Positions 13,430 to 26,990 of a stretch of 64,000 bases of DNA are shown in pieces. A program made the position numbers and the translations under genes. How positions within the stretch are numbered: position 1 is the stretch's first letter; every line of letters begins with the position of its first letter. Source of the stretch: Squalus acanthias (lineage: Eukaryota); assembly GCA_030390025.1 (NCBI GenBank), contig CM059432.1, positions 30,010,001 to 30,074,000 on the forward strand, in the 5' to 3' direction. The notes below the pieces were generated by a model, which was not told the origin of the DNA, searched no databases, and saw only the letters and a list, made by a program, of their open reading frames with translations.

Positions 13430-13690
13430 CCATCTGCCTGTTGAGCTGGACGCAAAGATCCCATGACACTATTCGAAGATGATCAGAGAGTATGCCTGGA
13501 TAACATTGCTCTCTCAACTGATACCATCAAAAACAGATCAACTGGTAATTCATTTTTTTGCTGTTTGTGGGACCTTGCCATGTGCAATTGGCTGCTGAAT
13601 TTGTCCACATTACAGAAGTGACTATACATCAAAAAGCAATACTTTGAGATTTCCTGAGGATGTGAAAGACATTATATAAATGAAAGTTCT
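13430..13690 (+). mobile_element. Deu-domain SINE fragment
   Basis: aaagatcccatgacactattcgaag...ctgtttgtgggaccttg...tatataaatgaaag. Confidence 0.7.
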
Positions 13691-13787
13691 GCCCTTTCAG
13701 TTGTTATAAGGCGGCCAAGTGTCATAGGAAAGGTATACTGAACTCTGCAGCACCTGGCTGTGATTAATTTACTTGAAATATTGGTAA

Positions 13788-14122
13788 CCCTTCCCTATCT
13801 CTGTAACCTCCTCCAGCCCTACAACCCTTCAAGAACTCTGCGTTCTTCCAATTTTGGCCTCGTGCATCCCCGATTTCCTTCGCCCCACCATTGGCGGCCG
13901 TGCCATCAGCTGTCTAGGCCCTAAGCTCTGGAATTCCCTCCCTAAACCTCGCCGCCTCTCTCTCCTCCTTTAAGACACTCCTTAAAACCTACCTTTGACC
14001 AATGCTTTGGTCACCTAATATCTCCTTGTGTGGTTCGGTGTCAAATGTTGTCTGATAAGCGCATCTGAGCCTAGGAACGCTTTACTATGTTAAAGGCACT
14101 ATATAAATGCAAGTTGTTGTTG
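13788..14122 (+). mobile_element. L2 LINE 3' end
   Basis: ccctatctctgtaacctcctccagccc...ctctggaattccctccc...tatataaatgcaagttgttgttg; same family as 56097-56658. Confidence 0.8.
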
Positions 14123-15839
14123 CAACACGTACAGTAAATCCGTTTTGCTGAACACTGGGGCTGTGACTAGCCTTGGGTGCTCATGCACCTTCAATAGGAA
14201 CTGATAATGGATACCAATGCAGTAACACTAATTAGTATCTGGAAAAACCAATATCAATTTTACACTTAAAACAATTCACCATCTAATCTTTATATAGCTT
14301 CATATTGTAGATAATAAAAAAAACACACACAAAAACACCCAAGGCATTTTAAAGTGAAGATAATAAGGCTTCCAATCTGTGCACTTCACCGATTATTGTG
14401 TTAGATACCAATAAACAAATAGGGAGATAAAATTGTCTGCAAGATGATAGGTAAAAATAAAAAGGTTTCACACCTAAAGCTGTCAGTTCAGATTCACGAT
14501 GGACACAGTTATGTTATGCTACTGTATATACAATCATCTCACTCCAACCCATATTAGGGCCAGCTGGATGTGGGCAAAAATCAAATGATACCAATCATAC
14601 AAGTTTTGACTTAAAAATATTTAAGATGACAATAGTTCTCATTCCACATTTAAGTTTGAACTCTTTTGATCCTAGCAACATCTTATCCAAAACACTAAAA
14701 TTGAAACTGAATCGGGAGGGGGAGAGAGAATTTAAAAAAAAAATCAATCTTAAAAACAGAGACACACGCAGACAAATAAGTGCGCTTGGCTGAATGAAAG
14801 CAAAACCAAATGAAATTGGAAACTAGGCAAGACCCACACTAAAAATTAAGTACTGTATTACTATGTTGGAGCAATTACCTTCAATTTCATATCCTGTTTA
14901 AATCAATAATAAAGCACTAAACTGATTAAGCTGAGTCTTAAGGTGCCCAGTAAAGTAGACACAAATTATTAGGTACAGTCTGTGTGATTGCTGTTTCCAT
15001 AATGTAAAACATGCAGATCAGCCCTGCTAATTCAGCCTCATAACACTAACAGTAATACGTGCAAGCTGAATTTCTGGATGGCTGTAGAAATTATGTGCAG
15101 GCAAGAGGGAGGGATGTAATTTATAATCTTCTGACCAATGTTTTATGGCTCTCTTAATTCAGCTTCTGCTACTATTAATGTAGTTAATGTTGAGATTATA
15201 TCTATATTTTTGAAGTCAGGGGAGTGATTTATGGGTCCCATTTTTCCGGTCCCAGCTCCCTCGCTGTTAAATCAAGTATCTTACCAATTAAGTGCTGACT
15301 ACTCCAGTGTATGTGATCCGAACAGATAGCTTAACCACAAATTAAACCACTGGCTATTACATCCTACAGCTTATTACAATCAAGTGTTCAGCTTCTTGTA
15401 TTTTATCAATCTCTCTGTCTTGCTCGCTTCTACTCACCCCCTCCCCCCTGCTGAAAGGGAAAGACAGCAGGGGGTGGGGGAAAGGAGGTGAAGAAACTGA
15501 CCAGAAACATACTTCATATTTATTAGTGATGAAAGTAGGAGTCATGAAAAATGCACTTTTTTAATGACTCAAAGTGATCGGTAAGCCTAATTTCACTGTG
15601 TAGTAATATTTTATGTGATCGTGGAGTGGTTTTAATTGAAAAATCCAGCCAAATCAGTATTTACTGCATTCTCCACACGATGAATAGCAAGTCTTGAAGC
15701 TCCCAGCTTTCTCTTACTAAAAATACACACATAAATATATATTATATATATATATATAACGAAAAAAGCTCAAAGCTGTACCATGAATTTGTCCCTTCCC
15801 TTCTTCCACTAAAAAAGCAGATGTCAGTTGTAAATACAA

Positions 15840-17720
15840 GTCTTGCAACCCACTGAATGAAAGCTAGTGTAATCCAGATATTCAAAAAAGGGGCAGTCAA
15901 CGAATTATAGACAAGTGAGTCTAAAATCAGTAGTAGTCAAAATGCTTGCATAAAAAGTAAAATTAAATAGTATTTAAGTCATCGTTCAGAAACTCAAAAG
16001 ACTAAATATCACAAAAGTAAGCCATTGGACCCATTATATCTGTGATTATATCCTGTACATAGGCAGCATGATATGTGTTGATTGCTCGTGAACCTTCGGT
16101 GGATGATGATATATAGGCCCGATAGTAACGTGCAGGTGGGAAGGGTGCGGGGAAGCCCAGTAGCGGGCGAAGAACCCAGCAAGGCCAGGGATGTGGAGGC
16201 CTTACCGATCTTAATGGTAGGACCTCATTTATATAAATCAATGCAGACTCCCGCCCAAAAGCTGGCCATATCAACTGCCTAGCCGGAGGGCAGGAGCAGA
16301 AATTAGGGGCAGGAGGCCGCATCTGGGGATTGTGGTAAAAGGCCTAGTCAGTCAGTAAGGGGAGTGGAGGTGTAGGCTCGGGGCCGCGAGCGAGAGGAGC
16401 CAGAGAGGTGGGGCCCGTGATCAGGAATCAGCCTGAGAGGTCGAGGCTGCGATCGGGGGAGGAGCCTGAGAGATCGAGGCCGTGATTGGGAGTTGGGGGG
16501 GGGGTGGTGGGGGGAGGGGGAGAGCCTGCAAGATCGAGGCCGCGGTCGGAGCTGGGGAGGCTGATGGTTTTCTTGTGAGGCCTGGCGGGAGCACTCCTGT
16601 TCCTTATGGCTCACAAGAAGTTTAAAAGCAGGCAAAGTTTTAAAACTTACCTGGGCCACTTCTGGCCAGTCGTTTCCTCCCGCCTTGTTGGTGCTGCCGG
16701 GCAGCAGACAGCGCGGGACTCCCCCGTGGTAAGGTTAAAAATAAGTTGCGGCACCAATGACATCATCAGGCTGCTAATTTTGCATGTTACGTAGGTCCCC
16801 ACCTGATTATAGCGGGAGCCTCGTCCAGGGCCTGAATCGCCGGTGTAAATATTATGGTGGCTGGGAATGGGTTCAGGTTGCTCGATCCCGATACTTTAAC
16901 CATCCCCACCCCCAACGCTCTTTAGCCCGTCGGGGGAAGGGTTAAAATCGAGGCCATAGTGTCTAGAGGAGAGAGGGGTGAGAGGCAGAGGGGTGTAGGG
17001 AGGGAATTCCAGAAGATAATTCAGGAACAACAATTTCCTATATTTATCTTCTCTCCGCAGAAATTAAAAAAACATATATTCAAGGAGTCAAAAATGCAAC
17101 TGACTCAATTTCTAGGACATTTTATTTTAAATCAGAACCGATAGAAAATACTTAGAAAATCAATGGATAATCAGTTCAGAATGTTTATAATATCTTCACA
17201 AAAAATAAACAACTTAATTTACTTGTGGTTAAGTGAACTAATAATGGACTCTACTGGGGAAGTAAAGGGATATGAATATCAATATGAAGGACAAGGTGCC
17301 AGTACTGTACCAGAAGACTGAAGATTGGTATGTCGGTTTGAAGGACAATGCTGCATAAACGTAAACAGACCTTCAGTGAGGCTGCGATCCTCAATTTCCC
17401 AAAAATAACTGACAGCATTTTACAGGACATTATCTGATCATTAAGGGTATGGAAAGAATAAATCTAGAATATTACTTCAAATTAAATTGCAAGAGTAGGA
17501 TAAGGAGACACAGATACAAACAAGTAAAAAGTAACTTTTAAGACTGATTTTCAGGATGTTCTCCTTCACAGAGTAGAATGCACCTCTAGAGTAGTGGAGG
17601 CAAAAACACTGGAATTATTTACAAATCAATTAGATGCTGTAATGGAGGTCTTTTTGGGTGCATGAATTAAGACGGCCAAATGGTCTGCCTGATTTATAAT
17701 TGTTTTATGATCTGAAGCAC
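15840..17720 (+). mobile_element. Very old CR1 remnant interrupted by the MITE at 16116-16955
   Basis: aattatagacaagtgagtctaaaatcagtagta resembles the NYRPVSLTSVV motif; degenerate 3' end near 17560-17700. Confidence 0.45.
16116..16955. mobile_element. GC-rich MITE (PIF/Harbinger-like)
   Basis: Imperfect TIR ggcccgatagtaac...gttaaaatcgaggcc, 3-bp TSD ATA/ATA, internal tandem units gagcctgagagatcgaggccg. Confidence 0.75.
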
Positions 17721-18009
17721 ATAAAGGCCACAAAGATTAGTTAGCATGACATTCGAAGCAATCGGCCATGCCTCATTGATACTGGGATTCTCTGAAGGAC
17801 TGAAGCAGAAAAGGGTACTTCCTGCTTCATGACATTTGCTGTTGACATCGAACTGTCTGGCCAGGTGACAGTGTGGGAAGACTTTATTTTGCAAAAGGAT
17901 TTTGGTGGGGTGGGGGGAGGGGGTGGCAAGAAACATATTATTTAAAGGGGTACAGGCAAATTAAGTGAATGAAAAATAAGCTTATAACATGTAAAAATAT
18001 AAGATGGTA

Positions 18010-18604
18010 TCTATTATTAAGGACGTGGTAACAGGGCACTTGGAAAATCACAATCTGATTAGGTAGAGTCAATATTGTTTTATTTAAAAGGAAAATCATG
18101 CTTGATAAATCTATTAATAGTTTTTTGAGGGTGTAACTAGCAGGGTAGATAAGGGCGAACCAGTGGATGTTGTATATTTGGCTTTTCCAGAAGGCAATCG
18201 ATAAGGTGCCACACAAGATTAGGGTTCATGGGATTGGGGGGTAATATATTAGCATGGATTGAGGATTGCTTAACGGACAGAAAACAGAGAGTAGGAATAA
18301 ATGGGTCATTTTCGGGGTGGCAGGGTGTAACTAGTGGAGTGCCATAATCAGTGCTTGGGCCTCAGCTATTTACAATCTATATCAATGATTTACATGACGG
18401 AACTGAGTGTAATCTATCCAAGTTTGCTGATGATATAAATCTAGGTGGGAAAGTAAGCTGTGAAGAGGACGTAAAGAGGCTGTAAAGGGATATAGACCGG
18501 TCAAGTTATTGAGCAAAAAGGTGGCAGATGGAGTATAATGTAGGGCAATTATTCACATTGGTAGGAAGAATGGAAAAGCAGAATTTTTTTTTTTAGAAAG
18601 GTGA
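18010..18604 (+). mobile_element. CR1 ORF2 reverse transcriptase fragment (frameshifted)
   Basis: Remnants of VDVVY..FQKA.DKVPH and SKFADD motifs. Confidence 0.85.
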
Positions 18605-18915
18605 GAACATAAGAATTAGGAGCAGAAGTAGGCCATACGGCCCCTCGAGCCTGTTCCACCATTCAATAAGATCACGGCTGATCTTCGACCTCAACTCCAC
18701 TTTCCCATCCTATCCCCATATCCCTTGATTCCCCTAGAGTCCAAAAATGTATCTATCTCAGCCTTTAATATACTCAATGATTCAGCATTCACAGCCCTTT
18801 GGGGCAGAGAATTCCAAAGATTCACAGCCCTCTGAGTGAAGAAATTCTCTCTTATCTCAGTCCTAAATGGCCGACCCCTTACCTGAGACTATGCCCCCTA
18901 GTCCTAGACTCTCCA
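18605..18915 (-). mobile_element. CR1/HER1 3' end
   Basis: gaacataagaattaggagcag... tail; closely similar to 40665-41160. Confidence 0.85.
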
Positions 18916-19089
18916 ATGTATTTATTGCACCCAGGTCATGCAACATGCCCAGTAAAATCTATCCAAATTAATCTGGCAATTTGTGGGTCACCACCATCGT
19001 CAACAACAACAACTTGCATTTATATAGAATCTTTAACATAGAAAAATGTCCCAAGGCACTTTACAGAGGCATGAGGAAAAGAAAATGAC

Positions 19090-19360
19090 TATGAAAGCTG
19101 CAAGATTGTTGTATAAACTCAAGTGGATCCCTAATGTCCTACACAGAAGGGAACTTGTTACCACTATCCAGTCTGGCATAGCTTGACTCTAGTCCAATAC
19201 TACATGGTTGACATACAGTGCCCTCTGAAGTAGCCTAGAAAGCCATTCAGTTGTAAAATAAAATACAACTGCCACCATCTTCTCAGGGCAACTAGTGATG
19301 GACAAAAAAAAGCAGCCTTGCCAGCATCGCCCACACCCAGAGAACATATTATAAATTAAA
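19090..19360 (+). mobile_element. Decayed copy of the SINE family at 61610-62056
   Basis: Tail cagccttgccagcatcgcccacaccc shared with that SINE and with the 3' end of the LINE at 28485-29520. Confidence 0.55.
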
Positions 19361-21112
19361 ATTGCATCCATTCAATGCTAGATATCGCATTGGTCAGTGG
19401 CAACTAAATGCATGGTTACCAAGGACCAATCCACAAGTCCAAGCCTCTTTCCCACCTGAGTGGCTTCAGTACAGAACTGTGTGTTTTGCCTCTATTCGCC
19501 AGATCCACATCACGGATAGCCTCTCCACACGTGGTCCCTGGTTATGCTGCCCAGCCTCCCTCCACCCATGATTCTTCCGAACCCCCTCCCCCACCTAGCT
19601 CTGCACAATGCAGGCTTGAGCACCTTGCTCCGCTCCAGTCCTAGGCCCCGGTACCCAAATGGCAGCTTCTTCCTTCCACCCAACATTTAAGAATGCATCA
19701 GTGTAATTTAGGACATTGGTTCCAGAGCTAATGAGACTATAAGAGGAAGATCATCTGGTTTAGGACAGAAGTATGCAAACCAAATTACAGAACTGAGAAA
19801 AGCCGATGAACAGTTAAAAAAATAATCTGATAGCACAAAAAGCAATGTAAAACTAAAAACAGCATTGAATAAAAGCCCTGTGACCAAGGCCAATGCTTCA
19901 AGGTGACTGAATAACTTAAATGTCTTTTTATTACAGCACCTGCTCATACAGGAGCCTGGAAAACAGCTGAATCAGGTGTCACCTAAATCCACATGCTTCA
20001 CTCACTGTTTTATTTCTGGTTTGTTTTTGCTTCTGGCAGAATGCTACCCACCTCGCCTCCTGTGTGTGAGACAGCACAGGATGGGCTGGCACTCCGCCCC
20101 AGTGGCCACTCGTATGGATCAAACCATGTCCCTCTTCACAGCTCTGTGCCACAAAACTAGCGCAGCACTGCAAGTCTACGGCTGAATTTACTCCTCAAAC
20201 TTTGCCCCATCATGCTGATGAAGCCATTGACAGTATCTTTGGCATAGAGAGACAGAGGAACGTTTCATGCCACCGAGTAGAAACAGGCTGGTAGTGCTCT
20301 GAAAATTCATGGTGGGGTATGACTTACCTCCTCGTTTATGTATATATAAAACACATAGGATACTAGATCTATACAGCGGCTGGTACATCATTGCAAATTG
20401 TTTTGTTTCAACTCTATATTCTTGGGCAGTTAAAAAATTACAGCTTTCCTGCAAGTGATATACTCCCCTTGGGGCCCTGCCTTACCAGAGTCTGCACACT
20501 TTCTGCAAATCCTAACCTGAGGACCTTCTGCCAGTAGAGCTGCAGCCATGGTAACAGTGCAATTGGCAATCCATGGCAATAAGCACTCTGGAGAACATGC
20601 ACCCTACCTGATGGAGTCACCAGACAGTACGTAGCCATGGCACAAGCTCACCGTTTCAGAAAGTTGGTGATATTGACATGACAAATGATAAAGCGGGTGG
20701 GCTGTGGTTGAGTGCACACCTCCCAGCCCTACACAAACATGAATGCGGACTGATGCGGGTGAAATAATTTCTTGAGGCTATCACAAAATCTGGGCTCCAG
20801 GAGAGAGAAAAAAGGTGAGTGAGAGACAAACGATTGAATATGATAAAAAAGGCATTCAAGAGAGAGGAGAGTGAGAAAAGGTGTAGATGATAATGTGCGA
20901 GAGGAGAGATGGAGAGCGTGGAGTGTGAGAAATAGAAAGAAAAGGAGACAAGTAGAGAGACACAGCTACAGTCTTTAAAAAAAAATGTAAGTGAGCAACA
21001 CCCTGGGAAATCAACTAGTTGTACAAAGCCTTGGTCAGACTCAATTTGAAGTACTGATTTCAATTTTAGGCACTACACCTCAGGAAGGATATATTGGCCT
21101 TGGAAGGGGCTT

Positions 21113-22980
21113 AGAGAACATAAGAATACAAGAACATAAGAAATATGAGCAGGAGTAGGCCATTCGGCCCATCGAGCCTGCTCCACCATTCAATAAGATC
21201 ATGGCTGATCTTCTACTTCAACTCACTTTTCTGCACTATCCCCATATTCCTCGATTCTCTTAATATCCAAAAATCTATCGATCTCTGTCTTGAATATACT
21301 CAATGACTGAGCCTCCACAGCCCTCTGGGGTAGAGAATTCCAAAGATTCACCACCCTTTGTGTGAAGAGATTTCTCCTCATTTCAATCCTAAATGGCTGA
21401 CCCCTTATTCTGAGACTGTGACCCCTGGTTGTAGACTCCCCAGCCAGGGGAAACATCCTCCCTGCATCTACCCTGTCAAACCCTGTAAGAGTTTTGTATG
21501 TTTCAATGAGATCACCTCTCATTCTTCTAAACTCTAGAGAATATAGGCCTAGTCTACTCAATCTGTCCTCATAGGACAATCCCCCCATCCCAGGAACCAG
21601 TCTGGTGAACCTTTGCTGCACTCCCTCTATGGCAAGTATATCCTTCCTTAGGGAATGGAGACCAAAACTGTACACAATACTCCAGGTGTGGTCTCACCAG
21701 GGGCCCTATATAATTGCAGTAAGACGTCTTTACTCTTATACTCAAATCCTCTTGTAATAAAGGCCAACATACCATTTGCTTTCCTAATTGCTTGCTGTAC
21801 CTGCATGTTAACTTTCAGTGATTCATGTACAAGGACACCCAGGTTCCTCAGAACACCAACATTTCCCAATCTCTCACCATTTAAAAAACACTGTGCTTTT
21901 CTATTTTTCCTACCAAAGTGGATAACTTCACATCTCTCCACATTATATTCCATTTGCCATGTTCTTGCCCACTCACTTAGCCTGTCTATATCCCCTTGAA
22001 GCCTCTTTGCATCCTCCTCACAACTTACATTCCCACCCAGCTTGGTATCATTAGCAAGCTTGGATATATTACATTTGGTCCCCTCAACCAAATCATTGAC
22101 AGTAGATTGTGAATAGCTGAGGCCCAAGCACTGATCCTTGCGGTACCCTACTAGTTACAGCCTGCCAACCCGAAAATGACCCATTTATTCCTACTCTGCT
22201 TTCTGTCCGTTAACCAATCCTCAATCCATGCTAGTATATGACCCCCAATCCCATGAGCCCTAATTTTGTTTAATAACCTCTTGTGTGGCACCTTATCGAA
22301 TGCCTTCTGAAAATCTAAATACACCACATCCACTGATTTTCCCCCTTATCTATTCTGCTAGTCACTATTATTTTCTAAGTACCCTGTTACCACATCCTTA
22401 ATTCTAGCATTTTCCCTACTACTGATGTCAGGTTAACTGGTCTATAGTTTCCCGTTTTCTCTCTCTCCCTCCTTTCTTAAATAGTGGGGTTACATTTGCC
22501 ACCTTCCAATCTGCAGGAACCGTTCTAGAAATCAATGGAATTTTGGAAGAGGACAACCAAGGCATCAACTATCTCTATAGCCACCTCTTTCAAAACCCTA
22601 GGATGTAGGCCATCAGGTCCAGGGGATTTATTGGCTTTCAGTCCCATTATTTTCTCCAGTACTATTTATTACTAACACTAATTTCTTTCAGTTCCTCATT
22701 CTCACTAGACCCTTGGTTCTCCACTATTTCTGGGAGGTTTTTTACATCTTCTTCCGTGAAGACAGACACAAAATATTTGTTTAATTTCTCTGCCATTTCC
22801 TTATTCCCCATTCTAATTTCTCCTGTCTCAGCCTGCAAGGGACCCACATTTACTTTCGCTAATCTTTTCCTTTTTACATACCTACAGAAGCTTTTACAGT
22901 CTATTTTTATCTCTCTCGCTAGTTTACTCTCATATTCTATTTTCCCTTTATCAATTTTTTGGTCCTCCTTTGCTGAATTC
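21113..22980 (-). mobile_element. CR1/HER1 LINE, about 1.87-kb 5'-truncated copy with disrupted RT ORF
   Basis: DVVYLDFQKAFDKVPH, ISKLANDTKLGG, LVRPHLEYCVQFWSP, FTQRVVNLWNSLP; (ttcttatg)n tail; inserted in a plus-strand CR1 (about 20990-21112 and 22981-23445). Confidence 0.95.
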
Positions 22981-23445
22981 CAAAAGGGTTAAAATACGAG
23001 GACAGGTTGCATAAACTTGGCTTATATTCCCTTGAGCATAGAAGATTGAGGGGTGATCGGATTGAGGTGTTTAAAATGTTAAAACATTTTTTTTTTTTTT
23101 TTTTTAGAGAGTTGATGTGGAGAAACTATTTCATCTTTTAGGGGAATCTAGAATAAGGGGACATAAACTTAAAATTAAAGCTAGGCCATTCAGGAGTGAA
23201 AACAGGAAGCACTTTTTCCACACAAAGGGTAGTAGAAATCTGGACCTCTCTCTCACACAAAGGGCTGTGGATGCTGGGACAATTGGAGCTATGAAGACTG
23301 AGATAGATAGATTTTTGTGAGGTAAGGGTATCAAGGGTTACAGAGCAAAGGTGGGTAAATAGAGTTGAGGTGGAGATCAGCCATGATCTAATTGAATGGC
23401 AGTGCAGGCTCGAGGGGCTGAATGGCTTACTCCTGTTCCTAATGT
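22981..23445 (+). mobile_element. CR1 3' fragment (host of the preceding insertion)
   Basis: RGHKLKIKARPFRSE; gatcagccatgatc...3' module. Confidence 0.85.
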
Positions 23446-23534
23446 TTCTAACTAGTATAGGTTTTATATATATTTTTTTAAAGTTATATGAACATGTCGA
23501 TAGAAATGCTTACAAGGATAAGTATGGATGCAAA

Positions 23535-24050
23535 TCATAGAAACTTACAAAACAGAAGGAGGCCATTCAGCCCGTCATGCCTGTGCTGGATCTTTGAAAG
23601 AGCAGTCAAGTTTAGTCCCACATCTCTACGTTTTGTCTGTAACCCTGCAAGTTCCTCATCCTCAAGTCCTTGTCCAACACCCTTTTAACATTTTTTAAGG
23701 AATCAGCTTCCACCACCTTTTCAGGTAGAGCGTTCCAGACCCCGACAACTCAGTGAAAACATTTCTCCTCAATGATTTTGAATCTATGACCTCTAGTTAT
23801 TGACCCACTCATCAGAGGGAATAATTTTTCTCTATTCACTATATCAAAACCTCTCATCATCTTCAAAGCCTCTATTACGTCACCTCTTGTGCTTTTTAAA
23901 CCACCATATCAACTTGGCCTGCCACCTTTAAGAATTTGTGTATATGGATACCAAGGTCTCTCTGCTCATCTAACACTTTTCAATATCATACCATTTATAG
24001 GATCCGGTCTTTCCATATGAGTCCTCCCAAAGTGTATCACTTCACACTTC
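23535..24050 (-). mobile_element. CR1 3' fragment, second subfamily
   Basis: acagaaggaggccattcagccc terminal type, also seen at 41322-41680 and 60735-60936. Confidence 0.7.
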
Positions 24051-24219
24051 TCCTGAGTATAAATGATTCAAACTTGCACAGAACTTCAGGTCTATTTAAT
24101 TAGTAATTAATATAAATTTGAAATTTAGTGCAGGAGTTAAGTATTAGAACCTAAGAAAGGACAAGGTCAAGAAAAGGCAGTGTAATATCCAAGCTGATCC
24201 CTCTCCTACTCTAATATAA

Positions 24220-24360
24220 TAACAGAAAATGCTGGAAATACTCAGCAGGTCAGGCAGCATCTGTGGAGAGAGAAACAGAGTTCATGTTTCAGGTCGATGA
24301 CCTTTCGTCAGAACTGGAAAAAGTTAGAGATGTAACAGGTTTTAAGCAAGTACAGAGGCA
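24220..24360 (-). mobile_element. Penelope-like pLTR fragment with mutated hammerhead core
   Basis: aacagaaaatgctggaaatactcagcaggtcaggcagcatc...tttcaggtcgatgacctttcgtcag. Confidence 0.75.
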
Positions 24361-24399
24361 TTCTCGTTCTCCCATTATAGTATCCAAATGCAATTGGAA

Positions 24400-26990
24400 A
24401 GTATCTAAATTGTTTGTCTCTATTGTCCTGCTGGGCAGATTCTTCCAAGTAGCTATCACACTGAATAATAAAGTTCTTCCTAATAACAGTTTTAAATTAA
24501 CTTTTCAATAATTTCAAATCTCTGCTGGTGCTATTTTCTTAGTTCACTTTGAAGTAAAATTCTGGGTTTAACTTATCTATACCATTTAACATTCAACAGT
24601 CTCCTTGAGATTTGTTTAATTACCTCAATGAGTTGAAGGGGAATTTCCCAGAGTTTTTCCTGAACTGGTCTTAGAATATTTTTGCCTCTAATCATTCATT
24701 GGCATATATGGCTACATGATGTCTGGTTGAAGCTAGCTTGATGGATCAGATGATCTTTTCCCACCCTTTTTATGTTTGGATAGCTGAATGATGTTGCCCA
24801 TTTCCTACCTTCTTACTAGACTGTAAGAGCTTCAGGTTCTCTAATCTTTCCCCTCACATTTGTGACCAATCTGATTGCTCTTCTTTGTACCCTGTCCAAT
24901 TCCTGTATGTTTTTTGTGTCACAGTGACTAGAACTGAAAATGACATTCGGAGTGTGGTCTGACCAGTGCATTGTAAAGCCTCAGGATAACCTCCGTAGTC
25001 TTGTACTCCAATGTTCACAAGATAATTATGGATGAGGAAGGCCACTCAGCTCATATTAATTCATCCATCCAGAGAGATCCTAACATCATCAATTGTAGCA
25101 TCCAATTGGATAATTACTATTTTATGCTCATCCTCAGATCAAGCACGTTTACATCTTTTATAGTTTTCACCTCTTCTCTGACTGGCCTCTTGCTATTGTG
25201 GTATTGAAATAATTTTTTATTGTTAAGTTTACTATCAGCTGCTATGCTTTTTTCTTGGTCTCTTATTGCTCTCTGATTACCCTTTTAACGTGTTTCGGCA
25301 TTTTCTTGTATTCATGCCAGTGAGACCCTTCTCCTGGCAGGATTTGTAGAAGCCTATGTCCTCATTATCTTATTTTTAAGATTTATTAAACATTGAGGTA
25401 ATTTTGATTAGTTTGAGCTTGTTGGTTTTAGGAATGTATTTATCTTGCATTCTCAGCATTAGACCTTTAAAAGTATTCCACTTTTCTTTTACTCAAGTGT
25501 TGTTGAAGATCTGTGGAGTTTGCACATTCTCCCCGTGTCTGCGTGGGTTTCCTCCGGGTGCTCCGGTTTCCTCCCACAGTCCAAAAATGTGCGGGTTAGG
25601 TTGATTTGGCTGTGATAAATTGACCCTTAGTGTTAGGGGGGGATTAAATATGTGGGGTTACGGGGGTAGGGTGGGATATGTGTACTGTGGGGATTAAAGC
25701 AGGGACAGGGTACTGGATTTGGATGATCAGCCATGATCGTATTGAATAGTGGAGCAGGCTCGACGGGCCGAATGGCCTACTCCTGCTCCTAGATTCTATG
25801 TTTCTATCTCCCCCCGCCCAATCTACTTACTTTAATTGTTCCCTCATTTCATTGAATTTAGTCCTGGCTCCTGACCTTGGGTATTTTTGACCCTCAGATC
25901 ACATTAAACATGATCATTCTGTGGCCGCTGTCCCGAGGGGTGCTATAACTTTGATTTTGTGTACATTTTCTGAGTCTTTTATGAATACCAGATCAAGATG
26001 AGCACTGGCTCTCGTGGCTTCCTTGACGAACTGGGTCAAGAAGCAATCATGCACTACCATCTACTGACTCTAAACCACTTGGGTTTTCCCAGTTTATATT
26101 AAATTGGTTGAAGTCTCCCATTAAAATAGGTTTCCTGTTCTCATATCCTTACTCTCTTCTAGAGCAAATTGCCTTCCTCCCTGCACTGACTTGGGGTCTC
26201 GACCATATCCCAAGTGTTACCTTGGATTCCTTTTTTCTTTAGAGATGTCTAACCAGCATAGTTCATTTTGTAGCTTCCAACCTTCCACAGGATCAACTTA
26301 ATTTACCTTCCATGTGTCCCTGACATATAGGGCTACACCCATCGTTTTTTTGTTCACTTTTTTTCGAAACACGCTATACCCTTGATATATTTATTTCCAT
26401 CCTCTGGATTTAGCCATGTTTCTAATATTCCCAATATATTGTAGTTCCCCAATATTACAACAGCCTCCAGTACTGACACCTTATTTCTAATTCTTCCAGT
26501 GTTCGTGTACATACATTTTATTGTAGATTTGTCTCCTCTCATGTCTCCCTATTCCTGGTCTCCAATTTTGTGTGTTCATCTATATATCTAAGCTCCTACC
26601 TATCTGTTGTACGCCTTCTACCCCAAGATCCGTCTCATCTCTGATCTGGTTTGCTTGCTGCCCTTCCCCCCACCTAGCTATTTAAAATGATTTTGCTCTA
26701 CTATTTCAATGCTCCTTTCAAGTCTCTGACTTAAGTGTAGCCCATCTTGTACTAGTCCATTTTTTATTCAGGAAGGATTCCCAGTTATTTATGAAGGTAG
26801 CCTAGTTGTTCTGCTACTAGTCACTCATTGACCTTCTCAACTCTTTTCCCCCCTTTCCGAAATATTAGAAGTATAACTAGAGAACGTTACTTTGCAGCCT
26901 CTACTTGAGTTTTGAGCCAATCCTCATTTGCCTCTAAGTCAACTACTACCTACCACTGGGTCCCTACCTGTTCCCTTCAGTATCTCTTCT
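24400..26990 (-). mobile_element. Ancient, internally deleted CR1 retaining ORF1 esterase and ORF2 endonuclease remnants
   Basis: D-G-L-H-L at 26732-26746 (-); IKCMYTNTGRIRNK..YNILGILETW (APE N-terminus); degenerate 3' portion at about 24700-24990. Confidence 0.6.
25511..25806 (+). mobile_element. HE1-type V-SINE, 5'-truncated
   Basis: V-domain plus HER1 tail; reverse complement of 10913-11260 with one internal unit instead of two. Confidence 0.9.

Noticed and set aside
16400..16560. Regularly spaced gagcctgagagatcgaggccg repeats as a CRISPR-like array
   Set aside because: Degenerate tandem units within a eukaryotic MITE; no unique spacers and no cas genes.
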